This document shows, piece after piece, positions 42,316 through 54,147 of a stretch of 64,000 nucleotides of DNA (its first letter is position 1; each line of letters starts with the position of its first letter). Source of the DNA: Cyanidioschyzon merolae (lineage: Eukaryota); assembly GCA_000091205.1 (NCBI GenBank), contig AP006501.2, one strand, 5' to 3'. The translations under genes were made by a program, and so were the position numbers. Below the pieces are notes generated by a model. The model did not search any database. It was not told the origin of the DNA and saw only the letters and a program-made list of their open reading frames with translations.

Positions 42316-44151
42316 AGCGCGTCTGCAACCATCGCCTCGATGTTCGCATCATTCGACCATGCGAATCGCTGGATGCCGTGGACTAGGGCGCTGGGGGCAG
42401 TGACGCGTTGGCCTGAACGCTGCCACCACAATGTTGGTGCCGGTCTGAACGATTCAGGATGCAACGCAAGCACGATGAGCAGCTGTAAGGGACGCGAGAT
42501 GCCCTGTCGCTCTGCGGCAGGTTGCGATAGCCTGCTACGCGCGTCCGCATTATCGTTGGTTGCCTCGGGTGGTGGTATGCATATCGCGAGCGCTTCATTA
42601 TAGCGGGTTTGCATGGATATTGGCGAGCTTGGCAACTCCGTTTACGAAACGATCACCGCTTCGGTGTACGCTGTACTGGACACATTCGGTGCCGCATGCG
42701 ATACCCCTGAGCCGATGTACCCTGGACGCACCGCTCTCGCGTCGGTACACGATACCCGTTTCAGGTGAAGCTAAAACTCTGCGCTGCTTGCTTTCTTCGT
42801 GTCTGGCGACTCTTCTCTTTTCTTTCTGCGGATGGTATTTTAGATATACAGACTCGACATTCCAAGCAAATCCATATCGGATTGCGGGTGCAAAAGCGGA
42901 TCTAGGAGTCTCGGTCGTACGTTCGGAGTCGGCGCTTGGATGATCGGCCGCTGGAACGCTAGAAGGCAGTGGAATTCAGATGAGGTGCAGCAACCTCAAA
43001 AAAGCGGGATTGTAAACTAACCGATATCACGAGTCCAACAGCTCTCTACAAGCCTATACGCTTATCCATCGCTTGCATCCTTCGGTTCTTCGAGTGCTCT
43101 TTTCCAAGGCAGACCGTGAGCGCACCCAGAAAAGCTCAGCTGGATGCACGAGTGAATCTACTTGACATCATCATTTGGCGCCACGATCACAAGCATATGC
43201 TCGTCATTGACTTACATTTGTACTGCAAATAATCGCTGGCGTTCGAAGGACAAATACTTCGCGCTTTGCGGTTACTGGTGAAACGGCATTCGCCAACAGC
43301 AGCGTCATACCGATCACGTGATGGATACTCCCAGGCGCTCTACTCTTCGTCTGGCAACGGATACAGTCTTGCACTCAGACTTGAGTCATCATCGGTGTTA
43401 TCACTTGTTCTAGTCGAGCGTGCGTCATCGTTTTGCACGAAGGCGGCACAACGCGGGGTCGGAGACACAATGAATATCTGGGAACACCCGACAGCACCCA
43501 AGTGTCAACGCGGTGAGGCACACAACGATGCACTGCACTGAAAAAGATGCACACGGCAAGCGAGACGCTGACCGCTACGTCTTGCCTATGCGATCAATGC
43601 ATAGAGAACAGCTGGAAATAGCGTCATCGGGATTGGAACGCTACCATCACCATCCCTCGACTGCTGACCGCTGAAGTGCAGGCGTATCAGATACCGACCC
43701 ACGTAAAAACCGTTGATAAGGGAGACGAACACGAACCAGTCTCCGATAAAGCACACAAACGCTGGTGTTCTTGATGCCGGAAACAGACCTAAGCTTGACA
43801 GTGAATGCCCGAGTTCGTGGACCTGTTCGCATTCATACCAACAGGGCTACGAAACATCGATAGCCTGGAGATTGTAGAAGCGCGCCGTTCACCGCCTCTG
43901 AAAGTGAATATTGTGGCACAGGAGTCTTGGACCTCTGATAGGTGACGGCGATGGGCTTCGTGGCACCTTTTTCTCAGAGCGTACGCCACTGGTACCTGCA
44001 GGAAACGAATCAGCGGAGCTTACAGCGTCAACGACCTAGAGCTTCTCTGGGAATCCGATGTAGATGCTAACGATGAAGCGCACGCTGGAGGTCGGCGACA
44101 CGTGTCCGTTTCTCTGGTCGCTGGAACGCAGATCGCAGCTCAGCGCGTGGC

Positions 44152-45162
44152 GTGCGGTGGTGTGTGTGTGGCGCACGAGCGCTCCCCAGCCGGGACGCCA
44201 GCTTATTTGTTGAGTGCTTCATTGGCTTCAGTCCGGCAGTGTCTGCGCCCTCTCCAAGCACGATGATCGGTTTCGTATTGCTGCTGTCAGGTCAGTCGAA
44301 TGCGCAAGTTTCTTCGCGGCTACGGAGATCCCTATGCAAAGGCGACACATGTGCGTGTCTGAGAGAGGATGAATTGGTGCCCGTTGGGAGGGCACGCTCG
44401 CCCCGCGGTCATCGCTCAGTTGCTGGACCGTCGAACGTGCGGCTGAGGCGTCAGCGCTGCTGCCACTTGCGTACTGTTAGTGAAGGTGCCACTGGAGGTG
44501 GCGGCGGCAGCGGGGGTAGAGGCGGCGGAAGTGGCGGTGGCGGCAGAGGTGGCGACGCCTCCGGAGCTTCGCCTCCACAGCAGCCTGGCTTACTGTTGGC
44601 GCTTTTCGAGCGTTACTGCAGGGCTCTCGAACGCCGTCCTATCTTCACAAAGTCGATAACAGCAGCCCTTTTGAATTTTTTCGCTGATCTTACTGCGCAG
44701 TACTTTGAAGCGCGCAAGCACCCCTCGGATACCCCGCCGGGGTGGCAGCGTCGGCGCACGTTGTCGTTCGCCATCATTGGCCTGTGCTTTGTTGGGCCTG
44801 GGCTCCACGGCTGGTTCTCGTTTTTGGAGAGAGCCTTCCCTCCATCACGGTTGTCACTTGTTGGAAAGTTGCTAATTGATCAGACTTTAGGAGCGGCGGT
44901 TTTCAACGGAGTTTTACTGGTCATGTTGTACTGGCTGGAGCACGGTGGCAAGTTCCAGGACGCGTGGCAGTCAATGAAACATCGTTTGCCACCCACAATG
45001 ATAGGAAACTGGAAAGTATGGCCGGCTGCTCAGCTCGTGAATTTTGCGTTCGTGCCACCAGCATTCAGGGTGCTCTACGTGAATAGCGTATCCTTCTTTT
45101 GGACCATCTATTTGTCGGAAATCGCGCACCGCACGATCACGAAGGAAGAAAAAAAGAGCTGA
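44152..45162 (+). CDS. Mpv17/PMP22-family membrane protein with a Gly-rich, Arg/Ser-rich N-terminal extension
   Basis: The C-terminal 190 aa read LLALFERYCRALERRPIFTKSITAALLNFFADLTAQYFE ... GPGLHGWFSFLERAFP ... LLIDQTLGAAVFNGVLLVMLYWLEHGG ... WKVWPAAQLVNFAFVPPAFRVLYVNSVSFFWTIYLS, matching the Mpv17/PMP22 fold. Upstream is a GGGGSGGRGGGSGGGG tract. The true start Met is uncertain. Confidence 0.7.
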   Translation: MRWCVCGARALPSRDASLFVECFIGFSPAVSAPSPSTMIGFVLLLSGQSNAQVSSRLRRSLCKGDTCACLREDELVPVGRARSPRGHRSVAGPSNVRLRRQRCCHLRTVSEGATGGGGGSGGRGGGSGGGGRGGDASGASPPQQPGLLLALFERYCRALERRPIFTKSITAALLNFFADLTAQYFEARKHPSDTPPGWQRRRTLSFAIIGLCFVGPGLHGWFSFLERAFPPSRLSLVGKLLIDQTLGAAVFNGVLLVMLYWLEHGGKFQDAWQSMKHRLPPTMIGNWKVWPAAQLVNFAFVPPAFRVLYVNSVSFFWTIYLSEIAHRTITKEEKKS

Positions 45163-46376
45163 GAATTATGCATTTCGTGGTGCATTTCTCGCAAAAGTCC
45201 AAAAACGTGGTTGTGATGGGAAACTCGTCGTCGAACAAGGCTAAGGTTTATGGGATTCGATGAGCTCGCGGGGCGCGTCACGTTGGGGCTGCGGACGCGT
45301 GCGGGCCGTTCATGACGACGACTATGGTGTGCAACGTCACGATAGTGACAGTTGGTAGATTAGAGACTCCAAACCGAGTACTCATCATGCTAGCATTTGG
45401 TGTTTGTCATATCCATGGTAAGGAGTCTGCGTGGACATGTCTGAGGGATTCTGCGCTGCCAAATGCAGCAGCGTGGGCGCTGGAGCGGAGCGTTTTATAC
45501 AGCGGCGCATCCGCTTGCTATTGATGCTGCCGAGCCGCCCGACTCGAACGCCAACGCTCTCGACATGTCAAATTTGCCTCGATGCTCCATCCGGGCTGCG
45601 ATAGAATCAGACACTCCCGTGGAAATCGTCCAGATCACAGAAATGATACACCAGCGCGACTCGCGTGAACGTATGAATGAATGTATGTATGCTGCCAGGG
45701 TATACGATTCGAACGACGCTTACATGGCAAGCGATTTGCGAACGACAAGAGCGGCGAGGTTTACATTTTTTAGCACGCGCAGTTCGAAGAAGCATTCAGG
45801 AAGATCGCACCTGTCCACCGACCGCGCGCACCGTGCGAAACGCATTCCCAGACGCCCAAGCCAGTGCTTGATTTGCTGCTCTCCTCTCTGATTCATGTTG
45901 TCCAGATCCAGTGAAAACTTACTGGGGAGGCTCTTCAGTCGGTGATCGCGCGCTCTGTCTAGTGGCTGCGGCGTGACAAGGCGGTTCTGGTGCGACACCT
46001 TCATCGACATCATGCAATGCAAATACAGAGCATTCATCCATTTGCAGAAGAATGTCCGGCTTTGATCTAGAGACGGTCGTGCTTGCGGGCGCTGCGACGC
46101 ATCTTCCGGATTCGTAGCAACGTACCTGCTCCGTCTGTGGAGTTTCCATTCTTGGGATGACTCGTTGAACATAGGTCGAGCTCCGGACACCAGATACCCA
46201 AAGCTGCAGCACGCTGTGCCAGAAACAATCGCATCTGCATTGGTCGCCTGAGCACCGAATGCGCTTGCCAGGTGCCTTGCAGTTCCAAAGGGCGTGTATG
46301 CTTGCAACCTCGGCATACTGCCTGGATGCGCTCGAGTCGGTGTGCGCTTCGTCATCAGCGTGCAGCCTGGCGGAGG

Positions 46377-47840
46377 TTATCGATGCGGATCTGCATGGAG
46401 TTCGCGCAATACCTCTCGTATCTGTGCGGATGGCAGCGGAATTCTCAAGCAATCGGGAATACTTCGGCTGTTCTCAAGGCCCGAGGCCCCGGTTCGCCAA
46501 CCCGGGACTGCAGACTCCAATAGATTGTGGTCTTCGAGTTCCCGAAGAATTGCCTGCAGGGAGTTGGCATTGCTCACGAAAAACTTTGAACGGCAAATGC
46601 GGTAAAAATCTGAGAACGAGATGCCTTGTTTCACTCGGTCGCCTCTCGTGCGATCTTCCGCACTGGCGGCAGACTCGAGCTGCATCTGCGCCAGCAACTG
46701 AAAAATGCGTCGGGCATTGGGCGTTAATCCAGTAAGAAGCATGATAGCGCCGCGAACGAGCTGCTCCGCCGACAGGGTCTTGGCACTTTCGGCATGGCCT
46801 CCGGTCTCCACGACATGGGGCAAATGCGTTGGGCAATGCTGCCAAATCCATTGGAATCGTTCGTAACATGATCCTACAGGCCACAGAATTGTCACCTCCA
46901 TTCGATCTATGGAGGCGATTAGATGAACGCGAGGCTGCGAGGCAAGGTTCGCCAGCAACGTCTGTGTCTCGGTGGTGGACAAGGTCTGCCCATCGATGTT
47001 GTGGACCACGAGGAAAAGCCTCCGCGGTGCTTCCGCCTTGTACAACTCGCCGAGCATTCGCAACTGCGCCGCCAGCGGACGCCCCCGTCTCGCGTGCGGC
47101 TCATGCTCGTGCTCGTGCTTCCTAGAGTGAGGCGATAACCGCCGCGCTCCAGCTGCATCGGCAATTTCCTGGACCAGCGCACGCACCTGGACGAATGGAT
47201 TGAATCCGTTCACAACCAGCACAGCGGAGGCGATGTTCGGTGCATCAACAGCGTTTCTCTTCACCAAGTCAGCTGCGAATGCTTCCAAGACAGCAAATTT
47301 GCTTCCTTCGCCATGAAGTAATACCGAAAAGCCGCCAAGTACGAGCAAGTGATACCAGAGATGGAATTTTGCACGCGCCGCTTCGACGGCTGCCGAAATC
47401 GACGCTTCCGGACAGGCGCCTCCGCTTGCCGGTGGTTCGTTTTCCGCTCCAGCTGGTCTGCACTGGACAGACGAAACCGAGCGTGCATGGGCCCCTGGGG
47501 CGCGCTCGTGCGTCTGGCAACCCAGCAGCCGTGACCTATCGTTCGCATTCGACGAACGCGCTTCCCGAAGGTCCCGAGGTTTCCCCAGTATGCCGCGCTG
47601 CGAACGAGCACGCGAACGAGTGGCACGCAACGCTGCCCGAGCCGCTGCCGCGGCACCAGCGTCACGACACGCCCGCCTCAGTTGACTTTGTCGCGTTGCG
47701 GCCCCTGCAGCCACCTCACCGTCTACGTCGTCACGTCGCATGCCAGGGAAGTGCTTCGCGATGTCGTTCAGTGTCCGTAAAAGTCTAGAGGTTTTGGTGG
47801 AATCAGAAACTTTCACCGACAGTGCGTGATGCTTCCACAA
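46377..47840 (-). CDS. ORC2: Origin recognition complex subunit 2 (ORC2)
   Basis: The middle block AKFHLWYHLLVLGGFSVLLHGEGSKFAVLEAFAADLV matches the ORC2 motif F..W..LL.GFN.LLYG.GSK..LL..F. The conserved ORC2 C-terminal architecture follows through ...QLVRGAIMLLTGLTPNARRIFQLLAQMQL and FSDFYRICRSKFFVSNANSLQAILRELEDHNLL. The N-terminus is low-complexity. Confidence 0.75.
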   Translation of the reverse strand: MWKHHALSVKVSDSTKTSRLLRTLNDIAKHFPGMRRDDVDGEVAAGAATRQSQLRRACRDAGAAAAARAALRATRSRARSQRGILGKPRDLREARSSNANDRSRLLGCQTHERAPGAHARSVSSVQCRPAGAENEPPASGGACPEASISAAVEAARAKFHLWYHLLVLGGFSVLLHGEGSKFAVLEAFAADLVKRNAVDAPNIASAVLVVNGFNPFVQVRALVQEIADAAGARRLSPHSRKHEHEHEPHARRGRPLAAQLRMLGELYKAEAPRRLFLVVHNIDGQTLSTTETQTLLANLASQPRVHLIASIDRMEVTILWPVGSCYERFQWIWQHCPTHLPHVVETGGHAESAKTLSAEQLVRGAIMLLTGLTPNARRIFQLLAQMQLESAASAEDRTRGDRVKQGISFSDFYRICRSKFFVSNANSLQAILRELEDHNLLESAVPGWRTGASGLENSRSIPDCLRIPLPSAQIREVLRELHADPHR

Positions 47841-48094
47841 ACGTGCACCAGAAGAGTTCGTGCACCTAACCAGCGCTCGCGTCCGCGTTGAGTTAAGGAG
47901 CGTCTCACGCTGGGTTCAATGGAGTGCAACTGCTGCCGTTCACAACCGCGTTTGACCAGCGGTTGCACGCTCTCGTTTCCAGGTACCTAGAAATGCTTCG
48001 ACGCAAGTCGCTTTCTCGTAGACAGTGCCTTGGCGTTACCATTTTCCCGCGAAAAATTGGTACACGCATCGCGCTGCGCTGTCGAATCGATGCA

Positions 48095-48190
48095 TGGCGT
48101 CGATGGTGGCAGCGCACACCACGGCACGACGATAGGATGTACGAAACGACCAGAATATCCGAGAAGAAGTGCAGGTAATGTAACTTGGAG
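48095..48190 (-). mobile_element. Orphan fragment of the Fanzor-element 5' terminus
   Basis: The sequence acgaaacgaccagaatatccgagaagaagtgcaggtaatgtaacttggagg is about 80% identical to the terminus of copy A (acgaaacaaccagtatatccgagaggaattatcggtaatggaacttgaagg, about 13695-13745). It also matches the terminus of copy B at about 40725-40790. No adjacent Fanzor coding sequence is present. Confidence 0.4.
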
Positions 48191-49727
48191 GTAGCGGGTT
48201 TGATGGATACTTTGCCGCGTACTGAGAAAAAAACACACAAAAAAAGCAGGAAAAGAAAAATGCGCATAATCGGAGAACGCTGGACTAAGTAAACGTTTTG
48301 TCAATGAAAAAAAAACACGGAGCGGCCGCTCGGCGCAACCAGTGCGCACCCTGGAGGCGACACGAACGGCACCGGAGGCGCGCCATTGCGATGCTTGCGC
48401 TAACGATTGTGCTGCTCAGGAAGGATATACTGGGAGGCACGGCTCATGCTCGGGAAGCGAGCAGATTCGCGAACAGCATGCCAACGTGATCGTTGTCGCA
48501 GGGGCTGGGGGCGGGCATCGAAGAGCAGGCGACTATCCGGTCAGCGATGCACCATCGAGTCGTGTGCATGTGAACGATACCGAGTGCTAGAGCCGGTGTA
48601 TCAACTCGTCACCAGGTCGTTATCTTACCCAGGTATCGTTGGAGTACTTGGGTATCGTCAAAGTTGTGGATGCTGGCATGCTACTCCTGGAGGTCCTTCG
48701 TGAATGCATCTGTACTGATCGGTTGCCACGATGTGGGGGAATTCGCAGCAACGACGCCAACAGAGACGTCGTCGATGTCGGTCGTTTGACGTTTTGCACT
48801 TGTCTCGATGCAGAGGATCTGATCGCGTCCGTTTGCTGCTTATCCAAACGTGTGCCTCCAGCTAGCACTGCCTACGAACAAGATGCGGTTCCGCTGATGC
48901 GAATGCGCAGCATCCTGACGAGTTCCCGCGGAAGCGCACATACGTCGATTGCTCAGCACCCTCAAACACGAGATACGAGGATATGGTCGCTATGTGGTTT
49001 ACGATCTACATGGATGTAATGAGCGTGTGACGATGGTTTGGGAGCGATGCGGGCCTCGTCGATATCACCGCCGAATCTGAAGTATGCGCCGTCGATGTGG
49101 CATCGTCGCAGAGAGAACATAGAGCGCAGCGTTTTTCACGGTCAACGGTATGTGAGTGTATCTGACAATGGACCAGCAAATGCGTACTTTGAGCAGGAGT
49201 GACCGCCGTGCACCATTGGTGGTGAAGGGAGTCTCGGGCGAGATAGCGGGGACCGCCAGCATCACCTCGTCTTTCTGGAAAACCCCATGAATTCAAAGAA
49301 ACGAGAATCGACGCGAATGCTCACAATAGCAATCATATCGTTCTGATCGTCCAATTGTTGAAGACGTCAACTGCAAAAACTCAGTTTACGTCAGAAAACG
49401 GGATCGGATGCGAATCCATACCATATCATCAAGCCGCTGCACTGTTGCGTGTCGAAGACGTGAAACTCGAATCCAAGTGCGCATTCCCTTGAGGCAGTTG
49501 CATCGTCGCACCTGGGCCTGGAGCTCCTGGTAAATCTGGGTGTCTTGCAAATGTTCCGCTTCAGGGGCGATGCGCGGCACTACAGGGGAAACACCCAAGG
49601 TCAACGGCGGCCTCGCTCAAGCTGGTGACACCCTACTCGAATGTCGATGCGCGAGATCCCAGCTTGCATGCCCTACTGCGGCATCTGCTGCTCAGCCTCT
49701 TGTGCGCGTTTTGCATCATCGTGACAG

Positions 49728-51761
49728 CTATATACTACGATTCACCAGGCTTTGCAGACGTTCCTCGACTGCAGTCACATCCCGCAAATGCAAACGTTCG
49801 ACATCTTCCGCAGAAAACGCTCCGCTCTCAGAGATTGCGGAAACCAGCTGTCGATACTTTGCGAGCAAAGCAGAGGCAAGCCCGAAGAGCAGCTTCTGCC
49901 GCGTAGCGAGGCTTCGAATACGTGTCGCAAGCGGTGGCGGGAACCAGTCCGATACGGGCGCGTCGAAGAGCAACGACTCGAACGCGCGCATGCGCAGTGC
50001 AAGCGCTTCGAGGCTGGGCCAGGACGCTTCGCGCTGTTGTCCATGTTCAGTTGCAGCCGAGAATGGATCCCCATAGGAGCCGGCAAGCTTACTGATCTCC
50101 AACAGACGACACCGCTGCAGCAAGGAGTCCACTGCTGCAGCAATGTACGCGGCCATGTGCTCCTGGAGCAAGTGCTCGAGGCGCGCGCGTTGCACCTCAG
50201 TCCAGAAATGAGCTAAAACGTTGACGATTGCATCCAGGGTATTCCCGACGAAGACCGAACGCCCCAATGGGTCCAAATCTCGAACAGCCAGCACACGCAC
50301 CAGCGCATCGACGCTCTCAAGAACGACATCTGTCAACTGGGCAGTGTCTACCGACTGTGATGTGCGCGGCAGACCTGGGTCAGCTTGAATCTCGAGACAG
50401 GCACGCAAATGCTCTGCCTCATGCAGCAGTAACGGCGGTATTGATAAATCGTGCGGTATGATCAGGTTATTTTGAAGCAACCTCATGAACCGTTCACGCC
50501 AACCCGAAACGCAGCGCCCCAGAACCTCACGACGAATCGATGCCAACGCCAGCGGGAGTACTGCTTCCGTACCCAGAACTCGTTGGAAGAAATGTTCGTA
50601 GAGAACCAAGAACTTGTGCACCTCGTGTAATGCTGACAGCGGCAGCGACTCATTGTCAATCCACATCTTCAGACGAGAGCTCATGGCGTCGGCGTAAACA
50701 TCACTGCTTTGCCGTAGAATCGTCTGCACCAGGTCTGTCGCGCGTGCCGCATTGTGCTCAGCGGCGGCATGTCGTCCAGCGTTGTGCGCATTCTCGTGCG
50801 GATGCTGTACGGCGAACGCTCGGAGCCATTGCTCTTTCTCTAGCTCAAGCTGCTGATGCACAATCGCAAACAAATCGTTGATGAGGCGCAATACCTCATC
50901 ACCGGCGGTAGACCGATCTGCTGCTGGACTCAAGTTCCGAACATGCTCATCCCATTGTCGTTGGAGCTCCCGAAGTAGCACCTGTTGGCGACCCGCGACA
51001 ATAGGTTGCAGGCAGGACGCTAACAGCGGTAACCAGGCTCGAATCAGGAGCAGAACATGCGATTCCGGTGCTTCGATGGGCAGTTCTGGCTTCGCCCAAT
51101 CCAAAGCGCGCACCCAGGATTGCACTCGATCCCATGCAGACTCGAGAACGATGTGCAGCTCACGTTGAGCATCCTGAATCAACTTCCAAGACCGCATTTC
51201 AGCGGGTAACTCCTTGAGGCGAGACTCAATTCGTTGCACACGCCCCAATGCATCCAAGACGGCGACATCGAGGTCGTCTCGACGCAGCTGTGCGGCATCA
51301 TCCTCGTGAATCGATAGGGCTCGCAGCAGCACTTCGAGAGTGTGCTGTCGTTTTTGGACTCTATGCAGTGCGCTTTCCATGGACTGGAGGTCATCGGCCC
51401 AGCGTTGCATATGCGCATCGCTGCGGAGGTCGCTCAGTCTGCTCCTGTGGGCATACAGCTGCGCTCGACTCTCTTCGATTGTAGGATCAAATGCAAGACT
51501 TGGTATACGTTGTTCGCTGGCTTGATGTACTAGTTCCTGCAGCGCTGCGTTCCTTTCTCTTTCAATGACATCCAAGTATTCTAGTGAATGTCTAGTGCAG
51601 AATGCTTGTGCCAAGTAAAGCGCCGGTTTGAGGCTGGCATCACGTTCAACGTCCGCGTCCACATCATGTGCAAGCGGCATGACTCCCTGAAATGGCTTCA
51701 GGCTCGAGAACCGGCCAAATGAGCAGTCGCACGTGCTATAGTTGCTCAGGTTCCAGGACAC
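49728..51761 (-). CDS. Uncharacterised 677-aa all-helical protein (possibly a vesicle-tethering or kinetochore-type helical-bundle subunit; family not recognised)
   Basis: Long ORF with a coiled-coil-like N-terminal third, then Leu-rich helical repeats. No motif I can name with confidence. Coding status is supported only by length; the antisense ORFs 49752-50216 and 49775-50143 are short. Confidence 0.5.
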   Translation of the reverse strand: MSWNLSNYSTCDCSFGRFSSLKPFQGVMPLAHDVDADVERDASLKPALYLAQAFCTRHSLEYLDVIERERNAALQELVHQASEQRIPSLAFDPTIEESRAQLYAHRSRLSDLRSDAHMQRWADDLQSMESALHRVQKRQHTLEVLLRALSIHEDDAAQLRRDDLDVAVLDALGRVQRIESRLKELPAEMRSWKLIQDAQRELHIVLESAWDRVQSWVRALDWAKPELPIEAPESHVLLLIRAWLPLLASCLQPIVAGRQQVLLRELQRQWDEHVRNLSPAADRSTAGDEVLRLINDLFAIVHQQLELEKEQWLRAFAVQHPHENAHNAGRHAAAEHNAARATDLVQTILRQSSDVYADAMSSRLKMWIDNESLPLSALHEVHKFLVLYEHFFQRVLGTEAVLPLALASIRREVLGRCVSGWRERFMRLLQNNLIIPHDLSIPPLLLHEAEHLRACLEIQADPGLPRTSQSVDTAQLTDVVLESVDALVRVLAVRDLDPLGRSVFVGNTLDAIVNVLAHFWTEVQRARLEHLLQEHMAAYIAAAVDSLLQRCRLLEISKLAGSYGDPFSAATEHGQQREASWPSLEALALRMRAFESLLFDAPVSDWFPPPLATRIRSLATRQKLLFGLASALLAKYRQLVSAISESGAFSAEDVERLHLRDVTAVEERLQSLVNRSI

Positions 51762-52777
51762 CTTCCAGAGGGCGTTCCGAACGACTACGCGCGTTCAAAA
51801 CACACCCGCGCTGACAACTGACGGACGCGAAACCCCGTGAAGCACCTACCTTCCTTGGCTCCGTTCTTTCGGTTTAGAAAGCGGGTTCTCGCAAAACTGC
51901 AGGGTGCTCCGCCAGAGTCCGGAGAAGATTCACCTAGTAACACAGCTGAAATGGTGCACGAAGAAACCTGCAGTACAGGCGTAAAGGCAGCCGCAACCGA
52001 TATGACGAACGATATCCACACCGTATCCTGGTGACACACTGCGACTTGTTGCGAGTTGCGGTCGATGTGGTGACCCCTGCACCATGAGCCAACTTGCCAC
52101 TGGAACTGAAACCGCCCGCAGGTAGAGCGGATCGTCGCTAGATGCTCTTGCTCGACGTCGATTAGGCGTGAAGACCTGGCGACTCTTCCCGATGGTCCAC
52201 GCCAACGGAGTCGTGAGCTGCACGAGTGCTGCTGAACAGGAGCGTTCAAATAGCGATGCCGCGCCCAGTATATGCCTTGCGTTGTCTTATCTTCGTGTCG
52301 GAGAACAGGCAGTTGTACAATCGGGAAATGCAGCGCGTTCAGGTAGAGCGTCTTGCTGCTCGCGCTATGTATCGACTTGGATGACCATGCGAAGCCGCCT
52401 CTGCATACACCATCATATCAACCTTAACCGGTACGCGCTTGTCTGCATGCCATGGAAAAGGCCCAGCTACCGAACTCGAGAATGGACCCTGGATTGTGTG
52501 TCTCTAACTGATGCATCCAACAGCAGCGTTCGCGGCTTTCTCTGCGACCGCTTCCTCTCTTTCTCGCTTACCGCTTGCGCTGAATACGGAGCTCCATCTT
52601 GTCCGTGCATCTTCGTTATAAGCAGTCGATGGATGTTGATCTTTGTGTTCAAGTCCTGATTTTGCTGCTTTCGGTAGTTGCCAATGCATTCCATGTGTGA
52701 ACGGAAGTTGCGATGTTCATCTTGTTTGTGCACAGCCTGGTTGCGCGCTTTGCAAATGTTCTATTTGGCCGTGGTCA

Positions 52778-52885
52778 GGTGTTCCTATATGTTCACCGTG
52801 TATGCGTATCCTCGGCGCGTCGTCTTGTGGAAGGTGTTCCTATATGCTCACCGTGTATGGATATCCTCGGCGCGTCGTCTTGTGG
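52778..52885. repeat. Tandem duplication, 2 x about 55 bp
   Basis: ggtgttcctatatgttcaccgtgtatgcgtatcctcggcgcgtcgtcttgtgg is followed by the near-identical ggtgttcctatatgctcaccgtgtatggatatcctcggcgcgtcgtcttgtgg. Confidence 0.7.
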
Positions 52886-54147
52886 CGCGTCGACGCGTGT
52901 ATCATCGCTTGGTATACGCTCTTGACGAGTACGGAAAGCTGCCGTCGATGGTCTCTTATGCTTACGCTTCTGTGTGATTCCGTCGGCAGCGACTCTGCTC
53001 GTTGCACACACAAGCGCACGCTGTCCTAGTCGATTGGGAATTTGCGGAACGCGATGCTGTCCACAATGAGACAAGAACCGGAACGAATATCCAGGATGCA
53101 GGAGAGGCTGAGCACTGCCGATCCGTCTACGCTCCATTCTTGAAAAGCGTTGACACACGAATCACTGGAAGAGATCGCTGCGATGAATCAGACTCCAGTC
53201 GAAGATGCTTTCTCATTCAAACAGAAGGGATGGGTGCGTCTAGTCGCATATCCCTTGAGAGGGATTTGCTGCGGTGGAATGCGGTTTTTTGTTAACGGCC
53301 ATGAAAAGAATAAAAAATTCGTCGTTCCAACGGTATCGCTCATTTTTTGGTATGAGAAGTTTGGTGCGCATTTAGCATGAGCTTTTGCACTGGCCATCAA
53401 GCGACGACTTCGAGTTCCTGTCCCCGTCAATCCAGCAGCGCGAATTGCTGCGCCCACATGCTGCCTTGGTACAGAGAGAACCCAAGCTTAAAGAATGCGT
53501 AATCGAACACGCTTCAGGCATGGAAAGGAGAATACTTGACGCTCGTGCGAATGAGTGTGTTCATGATTCCGGTTCTGACACGATGCCGTGCTCGAGAACA
53601 TCGCGAATTATCTTGACTCCTAAATCGTATTCTATTCCAGCTGAGAAGCGTCAAAAGAGTCACTCCGAACAGACTTCAGAGCATCCGAAACCTACGTATG
53701 CGTTCGTTAACTACTATCCGTATTCCGCCAATGTCCAGATTGTGTATCAGAAAAGTTTTGGGAAACATCGCAAGGCAGGTACACAGCGCGTCCTCCAATG
53801 TTTTGTATTCAAGAGGTACGTGTAATCTGTCCATATATTCTAATATTGGGTATAAAGGAACAGACCCTGACATACAGTCTGGAGAATTTGTCCGTATTAG
53901 TTACAAAATATACATCTATGTATCATGACATAGAGCCTGCAACGAGGGCGCCCATTTCCCCATACATCAGCGGTGTCGTCGATGACTCGCCGCTTCGCCA
54001 GCCGCGGACGCCGAACTCATTCTGCCAGCCTATTCAAGAGGGAAAGAAAGCCCAGTGTACTTCGGTTGCTGGAGAACCCACACGTGGCGTCAGCGGTAAC
54101 GCCCAAAGGCCTCTTTCGGAAGCAAGGGCATCCGCAATAAAATTCGC

